In this document: one piece after another, positions 10,838-20,547 of the stretch
Position numbering within the stretch: the first letter of the stretch is position 1
Layout: every line of letters begins with the position of its first letter
Origin: Nitrospirota bacterium
GTDB taxonomy: Bacteria > Nitrospirota > UBA9217
Reading direction: 5' to 3'
DNA: 64,000 nucleotides
NCBI GenBank assembly: GCA_963749655.1
Contig: CAVVOB010000015.1
Location: 96,001-160,000, forward strand
Made by a program: the position numbers and the translations under genes
Notes under the pieces: generated by a model
Database searches by the model: none
What the model saw: the letters and a program-made list of their open reading frames with translations, nothing else
What the model was told of the DNA's origin: nothing

Positions 10838-12099
10838 TAGACTCTCCCGCCCACGATGGTCTGCACCGCCCTTCCCCTGAGATTCCATCCGTTGAAAGGC
10901 GTGTTTTTCGATCTGGACTTGAACGTGCCTGCATCAACGGTCCAGGCCATGCCGGGATCGATGATCGTAATGTCGGCGTCTGCGCCCACGGAGAGGGTGC
11001 CCCTGTTGTTCCGGAGGATCGAGGCAGGATTGGCGCTCAACTTCCGAATCGCTCCTTCCAGGGAAAGAACTCCTTCGGTGACGAGATTGAGCGTAAGCCC
11101 GACCGCGGTCTCGAGCCCCACGATGCCGAAGGGCGCATAATCGAACTCGCCTGACTTCTCGTCCGCCGCATGGGGAGCATGGTCCGTGGCGATCACGTCG
11201 ATCACGCCGTCCTTCAGCCCCTCTTTGATCGCGGCCACGTCGACTGTTGTACGGAGAGGAGGATTCATTTTTGCCAGGGTATTGTACCCCCGCACAGCCT
11301 CTTCGGTCAAAGCAAAGTAATGCGGACACGTTTCAGCGGTTACCCTGATTCCGCGCGCTTTTGCATCGCGGACCATCCTGACCGACCCGGCGGTGCTCAC
11401 GTGCGCGATGTGGAGCCTCGCGCCGGTGAGTTCCGCCAGGGCGATGTCCCGACCGGTCATCACGTCTTCAGCGGCGCGCGGAATGCCGCGGAGTCCCAGT
11501 TCCGTAGAGACCACGCCCTCGTTCATCACCCCTTGTGCGGCAAGCGTGCTGTCCTCGCAGTGGGATATGACGAGCATGTCGAAGATCAGCGAGTACTCCA
11601 TTGCCCGCCGCATGATGGAGGCGTTCATGACCGGCTTGCCGTCGTCGGACACGGCGCAGCACCCGGCGGCGTGGAGCTCGCTCATCTCGGCCAGTTCTTC
11701 GCCCTTCGAGCCCTTCGTGATGGCGCCGATGGGGAAAACGCGGCAGGCGGCGTTCCTTGCCTGCGACAGGATGAACTCGGTGATCGAACGATTGTCGTTC
11801 ACGGGGTTCGTGTTCGGCATGCAGCAGACGGACGTGAATCCCCCTGCCTGCGCCGCCGCCGTTCCCGTGGCGATCGTTTCCTTGTATTCGAAACCCGGCT
11901 CACGCAGATGCACATGCATGTCGATCAGCCCCGGGACGACGATCCTCCCCGAGGCGTCGATCACCTGCGCTCCGTTCGCTGAAATCGAACCCGGCTTGCC
12001 GAGCTTCGCGATCTTGCCGTCCGACACCAGAAGATCGAGCTGTTCGTCGACCTTGTTTGCCGGATCCATTACACGACCGTTTTTAATAAGAATGTTCAT
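10837..12099 (-). CDS. pyrC: Dihydroorotase
   Basis: [35 protein letters not shown]. Confidence 0.97.
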   Translation of the reverse strand: MNILIKNGRVMDPANKVDEQLDLLVSDGKIAKLGKPGSISANGAQVIDASGRIVVPGLIDMHVHLREPGFEYKETIATGTAAAQAGGFTSVCCMPNTNPVNDNRSITEFILSQARNAACRVFPIGAITKGSKGEELAEMSELHAAGCCAVSDDGKPVMNASIMRRAMEYSLIFDMLVISHCEDSTLAAQGVMNEGVVSTELGLRGIPRAAEDVMTGRDIALAELTGARLHIAHVSTAGSVRMVRDAKARGIRVTAETCPHYFALTEEAVRGYNTLAKMNPPLRTTVDVAAIKEGLKDGVIDVIATDHAPHAADEKSGEFDYAPFGIVGLETAVGLTLNLVTEGVLSLEGAIRKLSANPASILRNNRGTLSVGADADITIIDPGMAWTVDAGTFKSRSKNTPFNGWNLRGRAVQTIVGGRV

Positions 12100-12242
12100 A
12101 AGAATCCTTGGCTAGCCACGAATTAACACGAATTTTCACGAATGATAATAACATCCAAAAATAAGCCTAACGCCTTGGGAAGATAAAAACCGATTATCAC
12201 ACGAAGTCACGAAGCTCACAAAGAAAAACAGTCAAATGATTT

Positions 12243-13570
12243 CAGTAGTGTCCCAACGTTGAATTCGTAATAAGCTCTAACTTCGCATCAAGTAAAGAGA
12301 TTTACCTTAAAATGCAATTTATCGATTTGAAATTTATTCTGCCGATAGGCCATACTTCCGCATCCCCGCGGAAGGAGATGGACAGCTATGAACATCGGCA
12401 GAACCGTCTTTGCGCAATTGATGGAGTTCTTCCCCGCCTACGAATTCCGGAAATGCGTAGAGCGGTACAACGGCAACTACAAGGTGATCTCATTCACCTG
12501 TCTGGATCAGTTCCTTTGCATGGCCTTCGCTCAGCTCACATACCGAGAGAGTCTCCGGGACATCGAGGCCTGCCTGCGCGGTGCCAAGCCGAAACTGTAT
12601 CACATGGGCATCCGGAGCAAGGTCTCCAGAAACACCATCGCTCACGCCAACGAAACGCGCGATTGGAGGATCTACGCCGACTTCGCCCAGGTGCTGATCA
12701 AAATCGCCAGAGAGCTATACACCGAGGAGGATTTCGGTCTGGAACTGGACCAGACCGTGTATGCCTTCGACTCAACGATCCTCGATCTTTGCCTCTCGGT
12801 CTTTCCGTGGGCCACGTTCCGCAAAGGGAAAGCCGGGATCAAGCTGCATACGCTTCTGGATATCAAGGGCAATATCCCCGTGATTATCCGTATTACACCG
12901 GCGATAATTCACGATGTCAACATTCTCGACGATCTGCTTTTCGAGGCCGGAGCTATTTACGTTTTCGATCGAGCCTATGTGGATTTTGCTCGGCTCTACC
13001 GGATTCATCACTCCCGGGCGTTCTTCCTGAGCCGGGCAAAGAGCAACTTTGTCTTCAAGAGGCTGTACTCGCAGCCTATAGACAAATCCACCGGCTTGCG
13101 CGCAGATCAGATCATCATGGTAACCGGGTTCTACACCCTGAAAGACTATCCGGAGAAACTCCGACGCATCCGGTACTACGATACGGCGACCAAGAAGCGT
13201 TTCGTCTTTCTGACCAACAACTTCGACCTGCCGGCTATAACTATTGCGCAGCTTTACAAGTGTCGCTGGCAGGTGGAACTGTTCTTCAAGTGGATCAAGC
13301 AGCACCTTCGTATCAAGGCCTTCTATGGCACCACGGAGAATGCGGTAAAAACTCAGATATGGATCGCCATCTCCATTTACGTTCTCGTGGCCATTGTCAG
13401 AAAACGCCTGAAGCTCGACCGAACCCTTTATACGATTCTACAGATTCTGAGCGTGTCGTTGTTTGAGAAAATGCCCATCTTACAGGTACTATCTGCATCT
13501 GGCTATGAGAACGATACGCCCTATGACGATAACCAGTTGAATCTACAAATGTAACGTTGGGACACTACTG
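12243..13570 (+). mobile_element. IS4-family insertion sequence, 1328 bp
   Basis: Perfect 18-bp terminal inverted repeats CAGTAGTGTCCCAACGTT (12243-12260 / 13553-13570); 9-bp target duplication AAATGATTT (12234-12242 / 13571-13579). Confidence 0.96.
12388..13554 (+). CDS. IS4-family DDE transposase (DUF4372-type N-terminus)
   Basis: AFDST, VFDRAY, YKCRWQVELFFKWIKQ (YREK signature). Confidence 0.96.
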   Translation: MNIGRTVFAQLMEFFPAYEFRKCVERYNGNYKVISFTCLDQFLCMAFAQLTYRESLRDIEACLRGAKPKLYHMGIRSKVSRNTIAHANETRDWRIYADFAQVLIKIARELYTEEDFGLELDQTVYAFDSTILDLCLSVFPWATFRKGKAGIKLHTLLDIKGNIPVIIRITPAIIHDVNILDDLLFEAGAIYVFDRAYVDFARLYRIHHSRAFFLSRAKSNFVFKRLYSQPIDKSTGLRADQIIMVTGFYTLKDYPEKLRRIRYYDTATKKRFVFLTNNFDLPAITIAQLYKCRWQVELFFKWIKQHLRIKAFYGTTENAVKTQIWIAISIYVLVAIVRKRLKLDRTLYTILQILSVSLFEKMPILQVLSASGYENDTPYDDNQLNLQM

Positions 13571-13620
13571 AAATGATTTAAGTTCTAAATTCGTGTCAAT
13601 TCGTGAAATTCGTGGCAAAA

Positions 13621-14550
13621 CTAAGCCTCTGCCTTTCCCCCGCCGGCCAGCAGGAACATCACCGCCATGCGGACCGCAACGCCGTTCGTTACCTGGTCGA
13701 GAATGACCGGCGTGCTGTCGGCAACCTCGGAGGATATCTCGACGCCCCGGTTCATGGGGCCGGGGTGCATCACCAAGGCGTGAGCGGCCGCCCGTCCCAG
13801 GCGCCGCTGATTCAGGCCGTACAGGGCAGCGTACTCGCGCACGCCGGGAAACAGCCCGGCGGCCTGGCGTTCGAGCTGCAGCCGCAGCATCATGACCACG
13901 TCGGCGCCCTCGACGGCCTCGTCCATGTTGTAATACACCTGCGCACCAAGGCAATTGATCCCCGGCGGGATCATGGTCGGCGGACCGCAAACCCGCACGC
14001 GGGCTCCCATGGTCGCGAGCCCGTACATGTTCGACCGGGCCACGCGGCTGTGCATGATGTCCCCCACGATGGCGACGGTCAGCCCTTCGATCTTTCCGAG
14101 CTTTTCCCGGATGGTGAACATGTCGAGCAGCGCCTGCGTCGGATGTTCATGAAAGCCGTCTCCGGCGTTGATCACCGAGCTCTTGAGCCTTCGGGAGAGG
14201 TACTCGGGGGCGCCGGAGCAGGAATGACGGACGATGATCATGTCGCACTTCATGGCCTCGATATTCCTGGCCGTGTCGAGGAGCGTCTCTCCCTTGACAA
14301 CGCTGCTCGCCGAGGTCGATATATTGATCACGTCCGCGGAAAGCCGCTTGCCGGCCAGTTCGAAAGAGGTCCGCGTCCTCGTGCTCGCTTCATAGAACAG
14401 GTTGATCACGGTCTTGCCGCGGAGGGTCGGCACTTTCTTGATGTCCCGTTCCGACACATCTTTGAACGTCTCCGCCGTGTCGAGGATCAGCCTGATCTCG
14501 TCGGCAGACATGCCTTTTATGCCGAGCAGGTCTTTTGAACTCAGTGACAT
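13621..14550 (-). CDS. pyrB: Aspartate carbamoyltransferase catalytic subunit
   Basis: [38 protein letters not shown]. Confidence 0.97.
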   Translation of the reverse strand: MSLSSKDLLGIKGMSADEIRLILDTAETFKDVSERDIKKVPTLRGKTVINLFYEASTRTRTSFELAGKRLSADVINISTSASSVVKGETLLDTARNIEAMKCDMIIVRHSCSGAPEYLSRRLKSSVINAGDGFHEHPTQALLDMFTIREKLGKIEGLTVAIVGDIMHSRVARSNMYGLATMGARVRVCGPPTMIPPGINCLGAQVYYNMDEAVEGADVVMMLRLQLERQAAGLFPGVREYAALYGLNQRRLGRAAAHALVMHPGPMNRGVEISSEVADSTPVILDQVTNGVAVRMAVMFLLAGGGKAEA

Positions 14551-14575
14551 GCGTTAAACCCCTTCGTGGGTCATG

Positions 14576-14634
14576 GGGCCGGGGGCCAGGGTTCAGGGTT
14601 TTGCATTCCCTTGTCCCTGGCTACTGGACCCTGT
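14576..14634. repeat. Short inverted heptamer arrays (GGGYCAG / CTGRMCC) at pyrR-pyrB junction
   Basis: gggccgg gggccag ggttcag ggt ... ccctgg ctactgg accctg. Confidence 0.65.
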
Positions 14635-14638
14635 CTTC

Positions 14639-15181
14639 TTACTCCCCCAGAATCACGACTTTCTCTTCGCCGCCGTCCTCGGCCAGCATGACTTCCACTT
14701 TTTCCCGGGCCGACGTCGGCAGGTTCTTGCCCACATAATCGGCGCGGATCGGCAGCTCCCGGTGGCCCCGGTCGACAAGCACGGCCAGCTGGATGCGCCG
14801 CGGCCTGCCGTAGTCCATAACGCTGTTCAACGCCGACCGGATGGTTCGGCCGGTAAAGATAACGTCATCGACCAGCACCATGACCTTGCCCTGGATATCA
14901 AAGGTGATGTCGGTCGCCTTGGGTACGGGCTGGGACTTCCGGGTTGAAAGATCGTCACGGTACATGGTGATATCCAAACTTCCCACGGGGATGTCGATCT
15001 TTTCGATCTCCCGGATCTTGGCCGCCAGCCGTTTGGACAGATGTACGCCGCCGTGCTGGATGCCGACGAGAACGATGTCTTTCGCACCCTTGTTCTTTTC
15101 CAGGATTTCGTGGGCAATGCGGATCAGCGCCCTGTCGATCCCGGTCTTATCGAGGATGAGTGCCTTTTCCTTGAGACTCAT
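14639..15181 (-). CDS. pyrR: Pyrimidine regulatory protein PyrR / uracil phosphoribosyltransferase
   Basis: [45 protein letters not shown]. Confidence 0.97.
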   Translation of the reverse strand: MSLKEKALILDKTGIDRALIRIAHEILEKNKGAKDIVLVGIQHGGVHLSKRLAAKIREIEKIDIPVGSLDITMYRDDLSTRKSQPVPKATDITFDIQGKVMVLVDDVIFTGRTIRSALNSVMDYGRPRRIQLAVLVDRGHRELPIRADYVGKNLPTSAREKVEVMLAEDGGEEKVVILGE

Positions 15182-15310
15182 TGAGAAAACTCCTTAACCA
15201 TGGCGGCCGGAGCGGGTCTGATCTCCCATACCGCGATACTAACCCGGCGATATTGTTTCTCTATTTCTGCGCGACTCCGCGTCCCCGCAATAAGACCGTA
15301 AAAAAGGCAC

Positions 15311-15344
15311 AAAAAAAACCTTCCCCCCTGAACGGGAGGAAGGT
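15311..15344 (-). terminator. Attenuator terminator in pyr leader
   Basis: Minus strand ACCTTCCTCCC-GTTCA-GGGGGGAAGGT followed by T run. Confidence 0.85.
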
Positions 15345-15391
15345 CGTGCGCACTTGTTTTGAGCGTTATTCCGCTGTTATGGTTTTTCATT

Positions 15392-15429
15392 CGGAGCCCT
15401 TCCTGGCCTCACAGGACCAGACTTAAAGA
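15392..15429 (-). promoter_or_regulatory. PyrR-binding RNA element
   Basis: Minus strand CTTTAAGTCTGGTCCTGTGAGGCCAGGAAGG resembles the CUUUAA...ARUCCNGNGAGGYU consensus, upstream of terminator and pyrR. Confidence 0.88.
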
Positions 15430-15468
15430 GTGTTGCTTACCGGACTAAACGTCATGCAGAACGATGCT

Positions 15469-15498
15469 AAAATACCTCAAACAGCGAAGCGGTGTCAA
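15469..15498 (-). promoter_or_regulatory. Putative sigma70 promoter of pyr operon
   Basis: TTGACA-N18-TATTTT upstream of PyrR element. Confidence 0.6.
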
Positions 15499-15589
15499 GT
15501 ACTTTCTTGGTGATCCCTGCTGTTTGCCCATAAGGTCGGAACCCCGGGCAGAGGGACTGAAAGGCCGAAGCTGCGACTGCACGATGATC

Positions 15590-16513
15590 TCATTTGTTGT
15601 GCTTCAAAATCCAGACCTTGGCCATAAGCCGGGCCGTGTCGATCTCCTGCGGCGTCAGACGTTTTTCAAGCTGATCGATATGCTCCCGCGCTTCTTTGCG
15701 GCCCGCGCTGTCGGCCAGGTACAGCCATTTATAGGCGACGACAAAATCAGTCGACGCCCCTTTTCCGTCGTAATGCATCATCCCGAGATTCAATAGAGCA
15801 TTTGCATATCCCTGTTCCGCCGACTTTTGATACAGATCGAGCGCAACCCGGTAATCCCGGGGAACGCCCATCCCGTTCTCGTGCATCAAAGCCAGGTAAT
15901 ACTGTGCGACTTCATTCCCCTGTTCAGCCGCTTTACGGAACCACTGAGCCGCCTCTTTATAATCCCGGGCTACGCCTATACCCTTGAAATGCAGCAGCCC
16001 GAGCAGGTACTGGGAACCGGCATATCCCTGCTCGGCGGACCGCAGATACCATCGAACCGCCGCTTTTTTGTCCTGCATCACTCCCCTGCCGTCGAAATAC
16101 ATGATGCCCAGGCTGTGCTGCGCAGGTGCGTAGCCTTGCTCCGCAGACTTGAGGTACCAGACAACCGCGATCTTGAAATCCCTGGTGAGACCCCGACCGT
16201 TTTCATGCATTTCGCCGAGCTGGTATTGCGCCGCGGCCAGGCCCTGGCGCGCGGAACGCTGGAACCAGTCCAGAGCCGAGGCGTGATTCTGGGGCATCCC
16301 CTGCCCGTATTCATGCATCATCCCGAGGTAATATTGAGCTTCGGAATTCCCGCTGTCCGCCGGGGGCTTCAATTCCTTCAAGGCTGCTTCATAGTTGCTT
16401 TTCCGGTATGCTGCGATTCCCTCCTGCAAACCCGCCAGCACGTTCGAAGCAAGCAAAGAGAAAAGCGCGGCAGCAAGTAAAGCGCCGATCAGATTATATC
16501 GTTTGTTGGCCAT
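15590..16513 (-). CDS. Secreted Sel1-like repeat protein
   Basis: Signal peptide then about six 36-aa repeats AQYxLGxMYxxGxGVxxDxxxAxxWYxKSAEQG. Confidence 0.93.
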   Translation of the reverse strand: MANKRYNLIGALLAAALFSLLASNVLAGLQEGIAAYRKSNYEAALKELKPPADSGNSEAQYYLGMMHEYGQGMPQNHASALDWFQRSARQGLAAAQYQLGEMHENGRGLTRDFKIAVVWYLKSAEQGYAPAQHSLGIMYFDGRGVMQDKKAAVRWYLRSAEQGYAGSQYLLGLLHFKGIGVARDYKEAAQWFRKAAEQGNEVAQYYLALMHENGMGVPRDYRVALDLYQKSAEQGYANALLNLGMMHYDGKGASTDFVVAYKWLYLADSAGRKEAREHIDQLEKRLTPQEIDTARLMAKVWILKHNK

Positions 16514-16758
16514 GCGAGCACCTCGATATTATTCATCATGGTCATTCAGTGAATGAAAAAAACGCTCAATTATGGAAGAAGCAACCGAAAAGCAACGATG
16601 AACGGCAGGATCAACAGAATGAATCGAAGCATCAGACTTCAGTGAATTCCATCCGACAATCCTGCCAAAAAGATCTCAGCCGGGCGGGCATGCAACACCT
16701 GCAAAAATGGTTATCGTGCAAAATAATGAACAGAAAAGATTCCGCTGTTTGCCGCGGA

Positions 16759-17334
16759 TCAGCCCTTCAGCTTCTTAAGCAGCCATGCCATGTTCGTTCC
16801 CAGGTGCTTCATGGTCTGGACGCCTTCGGCGTCGTTGTTCACTTCGCCGGGTTGCCTGCCGATGCCGATGTTCCAGTAGCTCGATCCCGGAACGATCATC
16901 TCGTTGATGGTGAAAAAATAGTTCAGCGAATTGAACACGTGGATCGCGCCCGCCCGCCTGACCGCAACGACCGCCGCCCCCACCTTTCTCTTGTAAATGC
17001 CCGCGTTCGCGCGGCCCACCATGCCGCACCGTTCGATCAGCGCCTTCATGCCCGCGGACACGTCGGCGAAATACGTGGGCGATCCGAGAATGATGCCGTC
17101 GGCCTCGATCATTTTTCTGATGCATTCATTGATAATGTCCTTGTCAACGGCGCACTGCTGGTTCTTTTTTTCGAAACACTTGAAGCAGGCCATGCAGCCC
17201 TGGATCGGCTTTCCGGCGAGTGAATAGACCTCCGTCTCGATCCCCTCGGCCTTCAGTTCGTCGAGAACGAGGTTCAGCAACAAGGCTGTATTCCCTTCCT
17301 TCCGAACGCTGCCGTTAAAGGCAATGACTTTCAT
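16759..17334 (-). CDS. Iron-sulfur flavoprotein (flavodoxin/NADPH-FMN reductase family)
   Basis: FNGSVRKEGNT, CMACFKC...C, LGSPTYF. Confidence 0.9.
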   Translation of the reverse strand: MKVIAFNGSVRKEGNTALLLNLVLDELKAEGIETEVYSLAGKPIQGCMACFKCFEKKNQQCAVDKDIINECIRKMIEADGIILGSPTYFADVSAGMKALIERCGMVGRANAGIYKRKVGAAVVAVRRAGAIHVFNSLNYFFTINEMIVPGSSYWNIGIGRQPGEVNNDAEGVQTMKHLGTNMAWLLKKLKG

Positions 17335-17536
17335 GAGTGCCTCCTGCTCAAAATCGTCGCACCAGGGCGGCGCGACAGGGACTGCCGGTACGAAAAATTC
17401 CGGGCTGTGTTTGAATGTTATATCACAAATCACGGATTTTGAACAATGGAATTTTCCGCATCCCTGAAGCCGATCCCCGGCCGATAATCGCCTTTACAAT
17501 CATAGATTGAACGACTACAATAAAAGAATTAAAATT

Positions 17537-17669
17537 GATGAAATCGTAAAAAGCAAATTTTACCGCAGAGCGCGCAGAGAACGCAGAAGAAATCCTCATA
17601 AATTCCGACTAAATTTCTCTGCGACCTCGGCGTTCCCTGCGGTGCAAAGCCTTTTTTTACGAATTTGTC
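17537..17669. mobile_element. MITE family A copy 1 (133 bp)
   Basis: Termini GATGAAATCGTAAAAA / TTTTTACGAATTTGTC, 6-bp direct flanks AAAATT (17531-17536 / 17670-17675), internal inverted CGCAGAG 9-mer arrays. Confidence 0.8.
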
Positions 17670-17691
17670 AAAATTGCGGATTAAAAAACAA

Positions 17692-20286
17692 ATGACCAAT
17701 CTCCCTAATCTCATCCGGCACATCAGCATCAAGCGCATCTGGCTCCAGAAGGTCAATACGCTCATGATCATTTCCGGGATCTGTCTCGGCGTTGCAGCGA
17801 TCGTGTCGATCGGCATCGTGAACAAGAGCGTGCTGCGCTCTTTCGAAGACTCGATCAACCGCGTGACCGGGCGTGCGGTCCTTCAGGTGACGGGAGCGGC
17901 TTCGGGATTTCCCGAAGCCATCATCGACCGCGTGCAGAGCGTCCCGGGCGTGGAGTACGCCGTGCCCGTGATCGACACCCAGGGCATCCTGGTGGGCGCA
18001 AAAGAGCGGTCGCTCATGATCCTGGGAGTGGATGTGCTCCAGGACTCCAACATCCGCGACTATAAGCTCTCGGAGGAGGATGCCGACATCCCCGACCCGC
18101 TCCTCTTCCTTGCCCGTCCTGATTCCATCCTCCTGACGAAAGAGCTTGCGGACCGGGAAAACATCAAGATCGATCAGACGATCCGGGTGCAGACCGTGCG
18201 GGGCATCAGGGACTTCCGCGTGCGCGGCCTTCTGAACCCCGAGGGTCCGGCGAAGGTCGCCTCGGGCAACATTGCCGTTATGGATTATCCCGCCGCCCAG
18301 ATGGCCTTCGGCAAGGAAGGACGGATCGACCGCGTCGATGTGAGCATTCTCCGGGGCGAAAACCTCGATGCAGTGCGAACGAGAATTGAAAGGGCCCTTC
18401 CCGGCGGATACAACGTCGTGACGCCCGAGGGAAGGACGAAGCAGGTCGAGCTCCTCGTCTCCCGCTTCCAGAAGAACATCAACCTCATCAGCTTCATTGC
18501 CGTGTTCGTCGGCATGTACCTCATCTACAACGCCGTCTCAATCTCCGTGGTGCAGCGCAGGAAGGAAGTCGGCATCCTCCGCGCCCTGGGCGCCACGCGG
18601 CGCCAGATCATCGCTCTCTTCATGGGAGAAACCTTCGTCATGGCAGTCGCAGGTTCCGCTCTCGGGCTCGGGCTGGGGAATGTCTTTGCCCGGTCCGCAC
18701 TCGGCATGGTCGGCCAGACGGTGTCGGAGCTGTATGTCAGAACCTCGGTAACGGAGGTCGCCGTCTCATGGACCAGTCTCGCGGCAGGTTTCATGACCGG
18801 CATCGCTGCCAGCCTCGCAGCCGCCTTTTTCCCTGCCCTGGCCAGCACCCGCATCACACCCGTGTCCGCCATCCGGTCGGTGGCTTATTCGCAAGACGGG
18901 TTCCTCTCCGGCAGAAGGCTGAACATGGCCTCCTCGGCGCTGGTCCTCGCGGCCGCCGGTCTTCTGGCGCTCTACGAGATGAGCGGAGACCAGTCCTTCT
19001 TCCACGCGACGATGACCATGTTCTCGGCCTCGATCTGCCTGCTCCTCGGCATATCGCTGGCGACTCCCGCCGCGCTCAAGGGCTTTCTCTCCTTCTTTCA
19101 CCGCGCTGTTTCCCCCCACGTCGGCGCCACGGCCAGGCTTGCCGGCCTGAATATCCAGAAGAACATCACCCGGAATGCAGTGGCGGCCGCCGCCATCTTC
19201 TTCGGCATCGCCGTGTTCGTGAGCTCCTCGGGCATCATTTACAGCACCAAGCAGTCGGTGCTCGATTGGATCGACTCCTATGTGCGGGGAGACATCATCG
19301 TGACCTCGGGCCACCCCATCGCGACCACCGGCGCCCAGAACATTCCCATGCCCGTGGACCTGTGGAAGGACATCGAAAAGGTCCCCGGCGTTCTCTCGGC
19401 CGATCCCTTCAGAAAGATATATACCGATTATCAGGGAAGACGCGTCCTGCTCCTGACCCTCGACATTACGCGAAGAATGGTCTACAGCCCCTTCAAGATA
19501 GCCCGGGGAAAACGCGAGGAGATGGCCCGGCTGCTGCCGAGCGGAAATTTCGTGGCCGTGAATGAAGCGCTCGCCGCCCAGGAAAGGCTCAAGCCGGGAG
19601 ACCGCATGGTCCTGCCCACGCCGGAAGGCCCGGTCCCCTTCACCGTCGCCGTCATCAACGTGGATTACAGCTCCGACTCAGGCTCCCTGCTCATGGACAT
19701 CCATACGTACCAGAAGTACTGGAAGGAATATTTGGCAGACTCGTTCTCGATCAAGATCAAGCCGGGCGCACGGGTCGAAGACGTCCGGGACGGCATCATC
19801 AAGAGACTCGGGAACGACCGGCAGCTCTTCGTGCTGCCTGCCCGCGAATTCAGGGGAGAGATCCGGAAGGTCATCGACCAGGGCTTCTCCGTGAACAACG
19901 CCGTCAACGCCATCACGCTTTTGATCGCCTGCCTCGGCATCGTCGTCACGCTCCTCGCATCGGTGCTCGAACGCACGCGGGAGATCGGCATTCTCCGCTC
20001 CATCGGTATGCTGCGGCGCCAGGTATCGCGTGTCGTGGTCCTGGAATCAGTGCTCCTCGGCATTGTCGGAGGGGTGCTCGGCTGCGGCGCCGGAATCGTT
20101 ATCGGTTGGATGAGCCTCGAGGGATTTCTGAAAAGCGACTACGGCGCGAGCATGGAGTACCACATTTACTACGCGTCCCTCTTCTGGGCCATGGCGCTCT
20201 CTGCGCTTCTGGCCGCACTGGCAGGCGTCTACCCCGCCCGCCGCGCTGCCCGGACGAATATTGTGGAAGCACTGTTCTATGAATGA
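17692..20286 (+). CDS. MacB/FtsX-like ABC permease, duplicated architecture (orphan paralog)
   Basis: Two periplasmic+TM halves; VVQRRKEVGILRALGA and ERTREIGILRSIGM motifs; clear paralog of permeases at 34-42.5 kb. Confidence 0.93.
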   Translation: MTNLPNLIRHISIKRIWLQKVNTLMIISGICLGVAAIVSIGIVNKSVLRSFEDSINRVTGRAVLQVTGAASGFPEAIIDRVQSVPGVEYAVPVIDTQGILVGAKERSLMILGVDVLQDSNIRDYKLSEEDADIPDPLLFLARPDSILLTKELADRENIKIDQTIRVQTVRGIRDFRVRGLLNPEGPAKVASGNIAVMDYPAAQMAFGKEGRIDRVDVSILRGENLDAVRTRIERALPGGYNVVTPEGRTKQVELLVSRFQKNINLISFIAVFVGMYLIYNAVSISVVQRRKEVGILRALGATRRQIIALFMGETFVMAVAGSALGLGLGNVFARSALGMVGQTVSELYVRTSVTEVAVSWTSLAAGFMTGIAASLAAAFFPALASTRITPVSAIRSVAYSQDGFLSGRRLNMASSALVLAAAGLLALYEMSGDQSFFHATMTMFSASICLLLGISLATPAALKGFLSFFHRAVSPHVGATARLAGLNIQKNITRNAVAAAAIFFGIAVFVSSSGIIYSTKQSVLDWIDSYVRGDIIVTSGHPIATTGAQNIPMPVDLWKDIEKVPGVLSADPFRKIYTDYQGRRVLLLTLDITRRMVYSPFKIARGKREEMARLLPSGNFVAVNEALAAQERLKPGDRMVLPTPEGPVPFTVAVINVDYSSDSGSLLMDIHTYQKYWKEYLADSFSIKIKPGARVEDVRDGIIKRLGNDRQLFVLPAREFRGEIRKVIDQGFSVNNAVNAITLLIACLGIVVTLLASVLERTREIGILRSIGMLRRQVSRVVVLESVLLGIVGGVLGCGAGIVIGWMSLEGFLKSDYGASMEYHIYYASLFWAMALSALLAALAGVYPARRAARTNIVEALFYE

Positions 20287-20415
20287 TGCTCTCGCAAAAA
20301 GTCTTTTTAGCCGCAGAAGTCACAAAAGCTTAATAAATTATCATTGATTTTTCAAAGACTCTTTTTGTGCTTTTTGTGATTTTTGTGGCATATCTTGAAT
20401 TCTTACGACTACATC
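20285..20415. mobile_element. MITE family A copy 2 (131 bp)
   Basis: Termini GATGCTCTCGCAAAAAGT / ATTCTTACGACTACATC, 6-bp direct flanks ATGAAT (20279-20284 / 20416-20421), internal CACAAAA / TTTTGTG arrays. Confidence 0.78.
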
Positions 20416-20547
20416 ATGAATAAACACTAGATTTTCTCTCACCCCTGCTGCGTCGATGTTATGATCGTCACCTGGCCGCTATCCGCATATCCCACCGGGG
20501 ATAAGGCCAATAAACGCGCGGCTTTCTGTCCGTGAAGACTGTGGCAG

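Larger units (their letters stand above)
12115..13616. repeat. Inverted pair of 10-mer arrays (CACGAATTWW) interrupted by the IS4 element
   Basis: gccacgaattaacacgaattttcacgaat (12115-12143) vs attcgtgtcaattcgtgaaattcgtggc (13589-13616); uninterrupted relative at 53245-53323. Confidence 0.85.

Noticed and set aside
17531-20421. Composite transposon formed by two MITEs around the orphan permease
   Set aside because: Each MITE has its own distinct 6-bp duplication, so they inserted independently.
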